The notes beneath the pieces were generated by a model. The model did not search any database and was not told where the DNA came from. It saw nothing but the letters and a program-made list of their open reading frames with translations. 64,000 bases of DNA from Planctomycetota bacterium (GTDB lineage: Bacteria; Planctomycetota; UBA8108; SXIK01). Of this stretch, positions 30,201 through 39,181 are shown one piece after another (positions within the stretch are counted from its first letter, which is position 1; each line of letters opens with the position of its first letter). Where the stretch lies: positions 1,472,001-1,536,000 of the forward strand of contig OZ244999.1 of the NCBI GenBank assembly GCA_965223265.1, in the 5' to 3' direction. A program made the position numbers and the translations under genes.

Positions 30201-30721
30201 CGGGTATGGAGGTCATTGAATACCACGGCCCGGAAGTCGTCGACATCATGCGCTCCGGTGGCGACGACCTCATCAGCATGTACACCCCACCGGGCAACTG
30301 TCGAACGCTGCTGCCACTCGGTTTTTTCCGCTCGCAACCGTGGCTTGCGCTCCACTGGGGAATCGAAGGCGGCGGTTGGTGGGTTTATCGCCAGGACGAT
30401 CTCTTCAGCACGGGGCCTCGCGGCGATCCGAGCTACGGCGGTGTCAATTGGGACGGACGCAAGATCGTCTGGAGTCGCCGCTGGCAGGCCATGCGCGACG
30501 GCATCGAAGACTTCAACGCAGTCGTCATGCTCCGTGAGTTGGCGGAAGCCAAGAGCGATGCAGCGGCTCGAACGATCGTTGACGAGGCGATCGCTTACGT
30601 CGCGTCCGAGTGCATTACGGGCATGCCGCGAGAAGCCGCTGACTATGATATGGACTTTGCCACTTTGATGATGCACCGCCAGAGGATTCGTGCCGCGCTC
30701 GAGCGCTTGAGCGACCGTTGA
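27257..30721 (+). CDS. Secreted FG-GAP/PQQ propeller fused to a DUF4091/GH123-like catalytic domain
   Basis: N-terminal 'D.DGDG..E' repeats; C-terminal 'YVEDE', 'WSRRWQAMRDGIEDF'. The start may be ATG 27329. Confidence 0.65.
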   Translation: MTHEITLAPKTTTRRPRGRLKGEAMSFVFCIATLLAGTTSGKVSGSLQDPAKKWSVELGAPYASTPLVYPAATPDSLVFATGGYVARLDGSGKIIFRVALGPELGRGAMFPASIGDVDGDSVEEIIAGRNDGVVFALEPTDGRVLWECQLPERLTNYEWAAAADLDGDGRAEVVVTTMYGWVFAVDDSGKLLWGAKIEAYRPSAPEIADIDSDGEPEIVYGTATRYLIALDSRGRLEWASFQPPHHLGRTTPLVADADGDGHAEVYGMSSMLSPEKGLVCVNGVDGSLKWHGLTIGKAYGGRALTRFGDGAAGILSCDKGGNIHAQNPDGSLRWHNRLSGSGVYNPPVTADVDGDGAFEIVATVRDTSTDGKGNNWYVLNASTGALRGAWQHPSRGIMGAAALDIDRDKELEVVICSKEGIVTAYSFGGAATPQATVFRHARERTFPLRVAGSGVKAKASADVPTVRLAGQVAAPRFGKNSLPVTLPAGATDESAVELEVTAPGGYRSLQVFRAQGHKTELEWLALASGDYALSLRWLDLSTGRSLGAEHLRASLQSEGTLRRIAETTVNRLRDLSARLDDAELTLLLKAAELEARFSALFSSIDSVRDEPLARKIEVAESAQSCVVDARRGAQVAAFFEREHAAGRSPKVVCWQDSNPWDNVSPHDELPEQGEPLRIDTWALGNEKESVCVNLLNVSATPVTLRVDPGTIAGEGTLPSVSEVATLHRVLWLPTVDGEQVADLLPRLGDGYLLDLAPGEARQLWINLSTRSLAPGAYELNWPVRTLDLDAATIQILVRLEVSPVSLPEKSRFYSGYWSQNRFGDFSSVPDLNDHLQTFWDRVPALPIAKVDARGHLIGELDWSAWDAFLSEVQQHGVIRLHHVPVPAFPDGLRISEELKLEAQRNYVQAWMAHMAKFGLGYRDFAFYVEDETGLRGTHENFMRGAKHIKEIDPKLQVYANPWGAITKAMLRDMAPVTDVWQPGMEVIEYHGPEVVDIMRSGGDDLISMYTPPGNCRTLLPLGFFRSQPWLALHWGIEGGGWWVYRQDDLFSTGPRGDPSYGGVNWDGRKIVWSRRWQAMRDGIEDFNAVVMLRELAEAKSDAAARTIVDEAIAYVASECITGMPREAADYDMDFATLMMHRQRIRAALERLSDR

Positions 30722-30881
30722 GTTCGAGCTGGTAGCCGGGTTGAAAAAGTCATTCGGCTGGGAAGCAGGCTTCTTCACGCTCCAGATCGGCCCAGAACTG
30801 GTGAAGGTGTCACCAGCCGTATTTTGTGACCTGTAGTGAGCCGCAGAATTCGCGGTCGGTGCAGGTTTTCGATTACAATCC

Positions 30882-30998
30882 GATGAGGAGGGGACTGGAA
30901 ACGTGAGTACGGTCGGAATAGGATCCCACTCCACAACCGAAAGGGTGGAGACCGGTCACTCCCGGCCTACGGCTGCGCGCGCCAGTCCTCGACCCTAC
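30882..30998 (+). mobile_element. Group II intron 3'-end remnant (domain VI; domain V absent or degenerate; no RT ORF)
   Basis: GATGAGGAGGGGACTGGAAACG...CTCCAC-AACC-GAAA-GG-GTGGAG...GCGCCAGTCCTCGACCCTAC. GGGGACTGG pairs with CCAGTCCTC, followed by a branch-site-like A and terminal AC. Confidence 0.7.
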
Positions 30999-31054
30999 TG
31001 GAAAGAGTGAGAGCAGCTGTTTCGTTTCGACAGCTCAGAAGTGAAGAGGTCGCC

Positions 31055-31494
31055 ATGAGCAGTTCGTCGGGTGGAACCGTTTTCGGGATTGCATGTGTTC
31101 AGCTGGCAGCTTCGGTGCTCGGCGGCATTGTGGCCGAGGGGCTGGTACTCACATTCACCTTCCTGAAGAACCATGGCCACCTGCCGCAGTGTCGTCACTG
31201 TGGAACAACGCGGTCTGGGTCGAGGGGGCCGCACTTTTTCTGGCGGCATCCCCAGGAGTGCTCGTCCTGCTGATCTACCACATAGCCGGACAAGAGCTGT
31301 CCTTGCGACACGCGCTTGCGCAATTCTCGTTTGCGGTTCTGTTCGTGTTTACGTCGGCCCTGTCGTACATGTCCTTGACGACAGATGCTCTGTCCATCTC
31401 GGGTGGCGCCGTCGTGTCTCTTGCCGTTGCCGTGGCTGTCGTATTAGCGAGAAGAAAGATATCGCAGGTCCAAACGAAAGCGACGATGTCCTGA
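31055..31494 (+). pseudogene. Small multi-TM membrane protein split by a frameshift
   Basis: GAGG RBS and ATG 31055 give TM1 (FGIACVQLAASVLGGIV); three more TM helices follow in another frame (WVEGAALFLAA..., FSFAVLFVF..., GAVVSLAVAVAVVL). Shift lies at about 31150-31190. Confidence 0.5.
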
Positions 31495-31711
31495 AGGCTG
31501 CGCCTCAGTACGGTCATTCGACTGCCTCTAACAGTGTGGCGAAAGGCGTCTTCCTTGTAAAGAATTGCGCCTTGCCTGAGCGGCGCCCGAAACTTACGAG
31601 AGCGCGGGATACGCGGCCAACCGGCGAAATGTAAAAAGTCGGTCGGTTTCATCCCTCCGAGTGACGGCTGGTGACAGCCTCGCCAGCTATAGACAGGACG
31701 TGGCTGCCTGA

Positions 31712-32764
31712 TCAGAACGTGAAGATCAGGTTCGACGTGATCCTGCGTTTGAAAATGTCGTTGTTGGCTTCGCGGCGGAGCGAGAAACCGTAGCCGAAGC
31801 CAAAGCTGACATGCTTGACGAAATTCCAGCGCACTCCGAGCGTGGCCCAGTGGGCGGAGCTACCGCGGACGTCGGATGCGCCCAGGTTGCCATAGTCGAG
31901 CAAGCCGTCGCGGACAGGGAACCGACTGCCGTTACTGAGGTAGACGAAGCCGTGGTACTCCACCATAGGGAAGAAACCCTCAAAGACTTCATAGCTGACG
32001 TTGACATCCCAGCTCAGTGAGTCATTGCCTCTTTCGTGATGGGTCGTGACTCGACCGACTATGTCCGCCATGACGTGGAGCTTTCCGAAGGCGCGAGCTC
32101 CAGTGACGAAGAAAGAGAGTTCATCCTCAGTTCCCTGAAAGACATCGCGTGAACCGTTGGACAATCTCCACCGCATACCGGTTGAGACGATCGAGAGAGT
32201 TTCAGGATCGACGTACACGGCGCCCTTGAGGCCCAAGGCGACGTCGTTGTAACCCTCGCCTTCTGGAATAGCGACCGCTTCGAGGTCGGTGTGCCCGTCA
32301 GCTGTGGCGATGAACTGAAGCCGTTCCAGGAGCGCCAATCGAGCTTGGACCGCCAGTGCCGTCAAGTCGCCGCCACCGAGAAGGCTGTCTTTAGGAAACT
32401 CGTGGTAGAGAAGAAGCGGACGCAGATCCGAGTTGATGTACGGATCTTCGAAGTAGAGGGGCGAGCCTATCGGGCGGGGAGCCTCCTCGAATCCGCCTCG
32501 CAGTCCAGTCAGAAATCCAGGCCAGAGGTACTCGCGAGATGTGTCGTCGCTGAGTTCGTCGGTCGGTTCGTCAGTCTCCGCAGCGAAGACCGACGACGGG
32601 AGGCTCAAGCTGGGCAGGCCGAGTCCGAGTCGACTTGAGAGTGGCGACAGAGCGTCATCTTCGCACACCACCGCAGCGCATGACATGGCTGCCACGAGAG
32701 AGAGTGCAGAGAGAGCAGGCTTGAGGTGCGAGAGCCACGGTGAGTGTGTTGGGATTTTCCGCAT
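31712..32764 (-). CDS. Putative outer-membrane beta-barrel protein
   Basis: N-terminal hydrophobic segment; 'SPLYFEDP' motif; amphipathic strands; C-terminal Phe (LIFTF). Confidence 0.6.
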   Translation of the reverse strand: MRKIPTHSPWLSHLKPALSALSLVAAMSCAAVVCEDDALSPLSSRLGLGLPSLSLPSSVFAAETDEPTDELSDDTSREYLWPGFLTGLRGGFEEAPRPIGSPLYFEDPYINSDLRPLLLYHEFPKDSLLGGGDLTALAVQARLALLERLQFIATADGHTDLEAVAIPEGEGYNDVALGLKGAVYVDPETLSIVSTGMRWRLSNGSRDVFQGTEDELSFFVTGARAFGKLHVMADIVGRVTTHHERGNDSLSWDVNVSYEVFEGFFPMVEYHGFVYLSNGSRFPVRDGLLDYGNLGASDVRGSSAHWATLGVRWNFVKHVSFGFGYGFSLRREANNDIFKRRITSNLIFTF

Positions 32765-32962
32765 TGAATGTTCACCATCCGACGTGAAAGACTTGATCGG
32801 AGACACCACAGCGAGCCACCCTATGGGTGGCACAACGGCGGTTCTGTGACCGGGGTCACGGCTGACCGCACGTCTGGGCGAGCCGTTTCAGGAGGACGCG
32901 CGACTTGAAAGCGGGCGACGCGGTGCGGACGATGGCGGCGTAATTCCCCGTCCTCAGCCACT

Positions 32963-34591
32963 GTGACACCTCGAATCGTGAGGATCTTTTTGGTGAATTG
33001 CTGCGCTTTTCTTCTCGGACGTCTCGGCGCCACGCTTGTGTTGGTTTTGCTCGCGACGCTCGCGAGTCCATCGGTCCGTGCACGCGACGCGGTCGCCAGA
33101 CCGAACATCGTCTTCATCATGGCAGACGACATGGGCTACGGCGACGTGGGCTGCTACAACCCGGACTCAAAGATTCCGACACCGCACATGGATCGACTGG
33201 CGCAAGAGGGTGTTCGTTTTACCGACGCTCATACGCCGTTTGCCGTTTGCACACCGACGCGTTACGGCGTTCTGACTGGACGCTATGCCTGGCGCACGCC
33301 GATGCGGCACGGGGTTTGTGGCGGCTACAACGGACCGCTGATCGAGAAAGATCGGCTGACAGTGGCAGGACTCTTGAGACGCAGCGGCTACGCGACCGCA
33401 GCTTTCGGCAAGTGGCATCTCGGGGTGGGGTGGCGACTCAAAGACGACGATAGCTTCGAGTTTCCGATCTTGCTGAATGCCCACAGGATTCGGGTCGATC
33501 GCGAGTTTGCTCAGCGCATTGCCTTCGACCAGCCGATGCGTGGTGGCCCGACCGCCGCCGGCTTTGACTACTTCTTTGGCACGGCGGGCTGCTCGACCGC
33601 CAACAGTCCGTTTTGTTTCATTGAGAACGACCGCGCGACCAGCACGCCTGTCTACCGTGAAGGCCTCGGGATGAGTGCACCCGACTGGCAGCACAAGGGC
33701 GCAGACCCTGCCTTCGCTGCCAAAGCTGTCGCATACATCGAAAGGCAGGCAGCGTCGGATCAGCCATTTTTTCTCTACGTGTGTCCGTCGGCACCACACG
33801 AGCCTTGCCGTCGTGAGGTCGTGCCGGAGTTCGCGCGCGACAAGAGCAGAGCGGGAGCTCGTGGCGATCTTGTCTGGCTGGTCGACTGGATGGTGGGGCA
33901 AATTGTCGATGCGCTCAAGCGCACTGGCAAGTACGAGGATACGTTACTTATTGTCACAAGCGATAACGGCGGTTTGCCAGGCGACCTTGTCGTCGACGAG
34001 AACGGTAAGACGCGTGCGGACGAACTGGGGCCGGTCTACGAGACGTTCGGTCACAAGACGAGCGGCAACTTTCGCGGCTTCAAGGCCCACAACTGGGAGG
34101 GAGGCCATCGAGTGCCGTTCATCGTCACCTGGCCGCGTCGTTTGCGAGGTGGTCAAGTGCGCGACGCGTTTTGTTCCCTCCTAGACTTCATGCCGACGTG
34201 CGCGGAGCTCGTCGGCGAGGAGCTCGAGGACGGCGAAGCCGAAGACGCCGTGAGTATGCTTTCGGTGATTCTTGACGACAAGGCGAAGCCGACGCGTGAG
34301 ATGCTTGTCACGCAGTCATCTTACGCGACCTACGCGATCCGCCGTGGCAAGTGGAAGCTCATCCGTGGCACGAAAAGCTCCGGCGGTTGGCCGCGGCCGC
34401 GTGGTCGAAGAGCTGTCCAAGGGGCGCCCGGGCAGCTTTATAATCTCGAGGCAGATCCTTACGAAACGAACGATCTCTACGAAGGGATGCCGGAGATTGT
34501 CAGGGAGCTTGAAGCGCTCTTGGCGAGCCAGGTCGGTCGCGAGGAAGTGCCGAAGAACTGGAGCTCGCCGGCGAGGCAGGCACAGAAGTAG
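32963..34591 (+). CDS. Arylsulfatase (formylglycine-dependent, S1)
   Basis: 'RPNIVFIMADDMGYGD', CTPTR (CxPxR), 'GKWHLG', 'SDNG', 'EGGHRVP', 'LYNL..DP.E'. Confidence 0.95.
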   Translation: MTPRIVRIFLVNCCAFLLGRLGATLVLVLLATLASPSVRARDAVARPNIVFIMADDMGYGDVGCYNPDSKIPTPHMDRLAQEGVRFTDAHTPFAVCTPTRYGVLTGRYAWRTPMRHGVCGGYNGPLIEKDRLTVAGLLRRSGYATAAFGKWHLGVGWRLKDDDSFEFPILLNAHRIRVDREFAQRIAFDQPMRGGPTAAGFDYFFGTAGCSTANSPFCFIENDRATSTPVYREGLGMSAPDWQHKGADPAFAAKAVAYIERQAASDQPFFLYVCPSAPHEPCRREVVPEFARDKSRAGARGDLVWLVDWMVGQIVDALKRTGKYEDTLLIVTSDNGGLPGDLVVDENGKTRADELGPVYETFGHKTSGNFRGFKAHNWEGGHRVPFIVTWPRRLRGGQVRDAFCSLLDFMPTCAELVGEELEDGEAEDAVSMLSVILDDKAKPTREMLVTQSSYATYAIRRGKWKLIRGTKSSGGWPRPRGRRAVQGAPGQLYNLEADPYETNDLYEGMPEIVRELEALLASQVGREEVPKNWSSPARQAQK

Positions 34592-34618
34592 GCGTATGCG
34601 AAAGGCGAGGCACTTCCG

Positions 34619-35065
34619 ATGATTCGCCCTGCGATTCCGGCCGAGGCCAACGCGATCAGCGAGCTCGGGATCCGGTCCAAAGCTCACTGGGGATACTCTG
34701 CGGAGCAGATGCAGGTGTTCGCGGAGGAGCTCACGCTTGTGCCGGCCGACATCCGACTCCGCTCTGTCCACGTGCTCGAATCGAAGGGTCGGCTCATCGG
34801 CTACTACGCCCTCGTCCCGAAGTCCACTGCAGTGATGGAGCTCGAGCATCTCTTCGTCGACCCCGCCGAGCTCCGTCGAGGGCATGGTCGCTCCCTTTTC
34901 GCGCATGCGATCGATCTTGCCAGCCAGAAAAAGTACCAACGTTTGGCGATTCAGAGTGACCCGAACGCAGAGGGCTTCTACGTCGCGCTCGACGTGCCAC
35001 TCCTGCGGCGCATTCCCTCGAGCATTCCAGGACGGTCGATACCCTACTTCGAGTTAGAATTGTAG
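34619..35065 (+). CDS. GNAT N-acetyltransferase
   Basis: 'SKAHWGY', 'LFVDP..RRGHGR.L', 'SDPNAEGFY'. Confidence 0.88.
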   Translation: MIRPAIPAEANAISELGIRSKAHWGYSAEQMQVFAEELTLVPADIRLRSVHVLESKGRLIGYYALVPKSTAVMELEHLFVDPAELRRGHGRSLFAHAIDLASQKKYQRLAIQSDPNAEGFYVALDVPLLRRIPSSIPGRSIPYFELEL

Positions 35066-35134
35066 CCATCCATCGTCGTATTCCGACGGTGCCTGTCGCA
35101 AGACACCGAAAACGCAGGGCTCGAGGATCGCCTC

Positions 35135-35677
35135 ATGACACGACTGCACGAAGGCGCGTGTGACATCACTATCCGGCACGCTGCGGAGCGCGACGTGCAA
35201 GCGATGACGGCGATCTACAATCAAGCCGTCGAGACGACGACCGCTACGTTTGACACTCAACCGAAGACCGAGCAAGAGCAGCTCGACTGGTTCAGGGCGC
35301 ATGACGCCCAGCATCCCGTCATGGTGGCGGAGAGGGACGGCGCCGTTGTCGGCTGGACAGCACTCAGTAAATGGTCGGAGAAACTCGCGTACAGCGGTAC
35401 CGTAGAAACATCGATCTACATCGACGCGGCGTTTCGCGGTCAGGGGATCGGCCGCTGTTTGAAAGAGGCGATCCTGGAAGAAGGGCGGCGCGTTGGACTC
35501 CACACCGTCATCGCCCGCATCGCCGAGGGAAACGACGTCAGCCTCCACCTCAATGAATCTTTGGGGTTTCGGCGCATCGGCGTTATGAGAGAAGTCGGCC
35601 GGAAGTTCGGTCAGCTCCTCGATGTCCATTTGCTGCAAAAGATGCTGACCCCGCCGGAAGGTGACTCTCGACGGTAG
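35135..35677 (+). CDS. GNAT acetyltransferase, phosphinothricin/methionine-sulfoximine acetyltransferase-like
   Basis: 'IYNQAV..TTATFD', 'TVETSIYI...RGQGIG', 'S..L.E.LGF..G..EVG.KFG..LDV'. Confidence 0.88.
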   Translation: MTRLHEGACDITIRHAAERDVQAMTAIYNQAVETTTATFDTQPKTEQEQLDWFRAHDAQHPVMVAERDGAVVGWTALSKWSEKLAYSGTVETSIYIDAAFRGQGIGRCLKEAILEEGRRVGLHTVIARIAEGNDVSLHLNESLGFRRIGVMREVGRKFGQLLDVHLLQKMLTPPEGDSRR

Positions 35678-35695
35678 TGGTTCGCGCGATGCGTT

Positions 35696-36997
35696 TTAGC
35701 GATCGTCCCGATCCCGTCGAATACAGTAGAGGTGATCCACATCGCGAAGAATCAGCGCTCCATGAGCCATCGCCGGTGACGCCCAGAATTGACCTTCCAG
35801 CGAGTTTGTCGCGGTGATGCGAAAGTTCGGCCCCGGGGCCAAAACGTGCGTCGTGCCAGTGTCACCGAGACAAAAGACTTCACCGCCGTAAGCCCAGGGC
35901 GTCGCCCAAAGCGCGCGCGTACCCTCGAGGCGTGCCTTGAACGACTCTTCACCTGTTTTTGCATCATAGGCGGCAACGATCCCGCTGCGCCGCTGCACGA
36001 CGTACACTTGACCGCGATAGACTAGCGGTGATGCCATCGGCGGGCCTGCGTTAGCGCGCGACCAAAGGACGCCCGCGCTGGTCTTGTCGCCATCGGCCGG
36101 CGTGATATCCCCGTTCGCTCCGGCCTTCACCGCGAAGAGCTCGCCACCGTCGGCGCGACGTTCCGAGCCGAGGTAGAGAGTGTTCTCGTCACCTGTCGGT
36201 GAAGAGGAACAGCGGCCTCCGAGGCGAAGTGCCCAGAGCAGCTTTCCCGACTTGGGATCGTACGAGCGTGCCGTGCGTCCGTTCGTGACGAGCTCAGTTC
36301 GTTCCTTGTTCTTCCAGATCATCGGCGTGCACCAGTTGGAACCTTCATCGCGGTCGACACGCCAAATCTCATCGCCGCTCTTCGGGTCGAGCGCGACGAG
36401 AAACGACTTCTCCTCCGAGTCGATTTGCAAATAGAGTCGGCCAGCGTGCAGGAGAGGCGAGCTTGAGGTGCCCCAGTCTCTTTGCATCGAGTAAGCGCCA
36501 AGGTCTTTTTTCCAGACGAGATCGCCGTCGAAATCGTAAGCGAAGAGGCCGGTCATACCGAAGTAAGCGTAGACGCGATCGCCATCGGTGACCGGCGTTT
36601 CGGAGGCGTAAGTGTTGTCCTTGTGTGTCACGATCCGCGGTGCACCATGGACGGCGGCCTTGGTCCAGAGGATCTTGCCGCTGTCGAGGTTGAGGCAGTG
36701 AACTTCCCAGCGGTACACTCCGCCTCTCAGCCGGCGCTCCGACAGCGTCGGCGCTTCCTCCTCCACGGCGCTGGTGACGAACACTTTGCTCCCCCAAACG
36801 ATCGGCGACGACCAGCCATGGCCGGGGATCGCTGTCTTCCAAACGACGCTCTCCACGCCCCAGCGTCTCGGGAGCTCCGCGTGCGCCGGCAGATTGTTGC
36901 TGGCTGCGCCGCGGAACTGTGGCCACTCGTTCTCGGTCGCGGTGACGGTGTAGGTGCTGGCGACAAGGCTGAGGATGAGAGCGCTTGAACGGATCAT
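35696..36997 (-). CDS. PQQ-binding-like beta-propeller secreted protein
   Basis: Signal peptide, 'EWPQFRG', 'GWSSPIVWG', 'ASETPVTDG', 'FWASPA'. Start re-called at 36997. Confidence 0.88.
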   Translation of the reverse strand: MIRSSALILSLVASTYTVTATENEWPQFRGAASNNLPAHAELPRRWGVESVVWKTAIPGHGWSSPIVWGSKVFVTSAVEEEAPTLSERRLRGGVYRWEVHCLNLDSGKILWTKAAVHGAPRIVTHKDNTYASETPVTDGDRVYAYFGMTGLFAYDFDGDLVWKKDLGAYSMQRDWGTSSSPLLHAGRLYLQIDSEEKSFLVALDPKSGDEIWRVDRDEGSNWCTPMIWKNKERTELVTNGRTARSYDPKSGKLLWALRLGGRCSSSPTGDENTLYLGSERRADGGELFAVKAGANGDITPADGDKTSAGVLWSRANAGPPMASPLVYRGQVYVVQRRSGIVAAYDAKTGEESFKARLEGTRALWATPWAYGGEVFCLGDTGTTHVLAPGPNFRITATNSLEGQFWASPAMAHGALILRDVDHLYCIRRDRDDR

Positions 36998-37161
36998 TAC
37001 CCTACCTGCGGAGGATCGTCGGACGAGGTGCTCAGTTGACCAGACGCGTGGAGCGATTGTATCGCCTCGAGCATGTCGCGCGCTTCCGAAACTGGCGCCA
37101 GGAGCGGCGGGGTCGTGTGAGGGGCGATCGACTGTGGGGTCTCGTCGGACCCCTCGATACG

Positions 37162-37737
37162 TCAATGCCGCGCACCCTCAGAGCGCGGAACCGTTGGCAG
37201 CGCGGCGAGGAAGATGACCAATCCCGACCCGAGCACGAACAGCGTTACGTAACCGTAGACGCAGTTCGGCAGGAAAAGGACACTCAACGAAAACGCAGCG
37301 AAGACCAGCGCGATGCCAATCCATTTGGCACGCTCCGGGATGCGCCGGTGCTCCTCCCACTCGCGCACGATGCGCCCGAAGAGGCGGTGATCCCGAAGCC
37401 AAGAGTGAGCGCGCCGCGAGCCGCGGGCGAAACAAAACCCTGCGAGCAGGACGAGTGGGGTCGTCGGAAGCAGGGGAAGAAAGATTCCCAGCACGCCAAG
37501 CGTCAGTGCCAATGAGCCGGCGGCGAGGAGCAGCGCGCGTTGCCACGAAGGTCGCTCCAGTTTCCGGGCCCGTGACCCGGAAGTCGCGTCGCCAGCAAGA
37601 CCGTCGGCCTCGATGTCCGCAGGAGAACTCGTTTGCGCTACCCCAGCCTCGCTCGCCCTGCGGTCGCTCTGGTGCGTGTCCCGCGTGGAGTGCTCGCTAT
37701 CTGTTCGCGGTGGGTCTTTCTGAGGCAACGTTTTCAC
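37162..37737 (-). CDS. ybaN: YbaN/DUF454 family membrane protein
   Basis: 'LGVLGIFLPLLPTTPLVLLA..CFARGS.R...WL..H..FG'. Confidence 0.85.
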   Translation of the reverse strand: MKTLPQKDPPRTDSEHSTRDTHQSDRRASEAGVAQTSSPADIEADGLAGDATSGSRARKLERPSWQRALLLAAGSLALTLGVLGIFLPLLPTTPLVLLAGFCFARGSRRAHSWLRDHRLFGRIVREWEEHRRIPERAKWIGIALVFAAFSLSVLFLPNCVYGYVTLFVLGSGLVIFLAALPTVPRSEGARH

Positions 37738-37869
37738 CTGAATCGACGACGGTCGGCAAAGCGCTTAGCGGTCGTTTCTCATCAGAATTATCGTCCGTCA
37801 GCTCGCTACGCGCCAGGGTTTGTCGCCGCCACGCCGCAGCGAAGAGTGGCGCAATGGGCTCCAGCGTTG

Positions 37870-38919
37870 CTACGCAGCATTTTCGGCATCGCTCGCGCGA
37901 CGCTCTTGAGCAGGATCGATCTGATCGCGTGCTGCGTTTGCGGGCGACCTTGCTGGCTTACACCGAGGTGTCTTTTCGCTTTGGGATCCATGCCCTAAAA
38001 GGTTTCGAAGTGCCGACGAGATTTCAGGAAAGACGAACGTGAACCCTTCCTCGCGCAGTCGCGTCGAGACGCAGTAGCGTCCGCACAGAGCCAATTCCGG
38101 GTCCGTGCGCAAAAAGAGCGGCGCGCTGACCCGTACCAGCCAACGTGGCGCGGGCAGTCCGATCGGTCTGCCGAGAGCTCGCCGCAGGTGACGCATGAAC
38201 TCGGCGTTCGATACGGGATTGGGTGCCGTTGCGATGTATGCACCGCGCATGCTGTCGTCGGCGATGGCGCGTTCGAAGAGGCGGTTCATGTCTTCCTCGT
38301 GGATCCAACTGATACCTTGGCGTCCGTGCCCTGCTTTGCCGCCAAGACCCCAGCGTGCCAGCCGGGCGAGGCGCGGTAAGGCGCCGCCGCTTTGCCCGAG
38401 AACAAAGCTGGTGCGTAGAATCACTCGGCGCATGCCGGGAAGCACGGCGCGGTCGTAAGCTGCTTCCCACTCGGCGCCGACGAATGGGGCCAAGCCATAA
38501 CCGAACGCCGCATCCTCGTCGCACACGATTCGTGGTGGATCGCCGTAACGATGCGCGGTCGACATCTGCACCCACACGGGTGGCGGCGTACGTGTGCGCC
38601 GTAGTGCTTCTCCGAGCACTCGCGTCGATTCGACACGCGAGCGCAGAATTTCGTCGCAGTGCTCAGACGTCTTGACGCAGTCGACCGAACGACCTGCCAG
38701 GTTGACGAGAGCTGCGGTGCCGTCAAGGTGCTCGGCCCAATCGCCCAGCCGGCAACCGTCCCACGCCACGTGCATCCACGGACCAGTCTGGCGAGGAGCA
38801 TGGCGCGAAATCAGCGTCACGTGCCAGCGGCAACGCGTGAGATGGCGAGCAAGATTCATGCCGAGAAATCCGGTACCGCCAGCTATGACAACGCGCCTCG
38901 TTTGTGGTTGAGTCAGCAT
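37870..38919 (-). CDS. TIGR01777/YfcH-like NAD(P)-dependent epimerase-fold protein
   Basis: 'IAGGTGFLG', 'VNLAGRSV', 'SRV.ST', 'G.G.Q..SWIH..D', 'APNPV.N'. Confidence 0.88.
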   Translation of the reverse strand: MLTQPQTRRVVIAGGTGFLGMNLARHLTRCRWHVTLISRHAPRQTGPWMHVAWDGCRLGDWAEHLDGTAALVNLAGRSVDCVKTSEHCDEILRSRVESTRVLGEALRRTRTPPPVWVQMSTAHRYGDPPRIVCDEDAAFGYGLAPFVGAEWEAAYDRAVLPGMRRVILRTSFVLGQSGGALPRLARLARWGLGGKAGHGRQGISWIHEEDMNRLFERAIADDSMRGAYIATAPNPVSNAEFMRHLRRALGRPIGLPAPRWLVRVSAPLFLRTDPELALCGRYCVSTRLREEGFTFVFPEISSALRNLLGHGSQSEKTPRCKPARSPANAARDQIDPAQERRASDAENAA

Positions 38920-38984
38920 TTCGCAGATTCTCCTCGTCGGTGGCGATCGCTCGTCAGCAGGCAATCGAGCGCGTCGGAAATTTT

Positions 38985-38999
38985 TTGACTTGTAGTCAA
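38985..38999. promoter_or_regulatory. Palindromic operator-like site TTGACT-N3-AGTCAA
   Basis: Perfect 6-bp inverted repeat about 65 nt upstream of the TIGR01777 gene. Confidence 0.4.
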
Positions 39000-39181
39000 G
39001 CGCGCACGACCACGCCTCCAGATCCAGTGACCTCAACCGCAAGACGGTGCACTCCTTTCACACTACGGTTGAAAGAAACGGCCCGCAGATCGCGGCCGTA
39101 TCTTTCAGGTCTGCGTGCCCTGTCTCCTACGGCCGGGATCTGGTATGGTTTCTCGAAACCTAGGCTCGAGCGAGACCTGCG

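Noticed and set aside
30735-30752. AGCCGGGTTGAAAAAGTC resembling an IS/REP terminal repeat
   Set aside because: No convincing partner repeat, target duplication or transposase.
30836-30881. GAGCCGC...GCGG hairpin as intron domain V
   Set aside because: Wrong spacing to D6, and it lacks the GNRA loop and AC bulge.
31520-31620. Possible attC site after the frameshifted ORF (CTCTAAC...)
   Set aside because: No matching GTTRRRY core or paired L boxes found; no integrase in the window.
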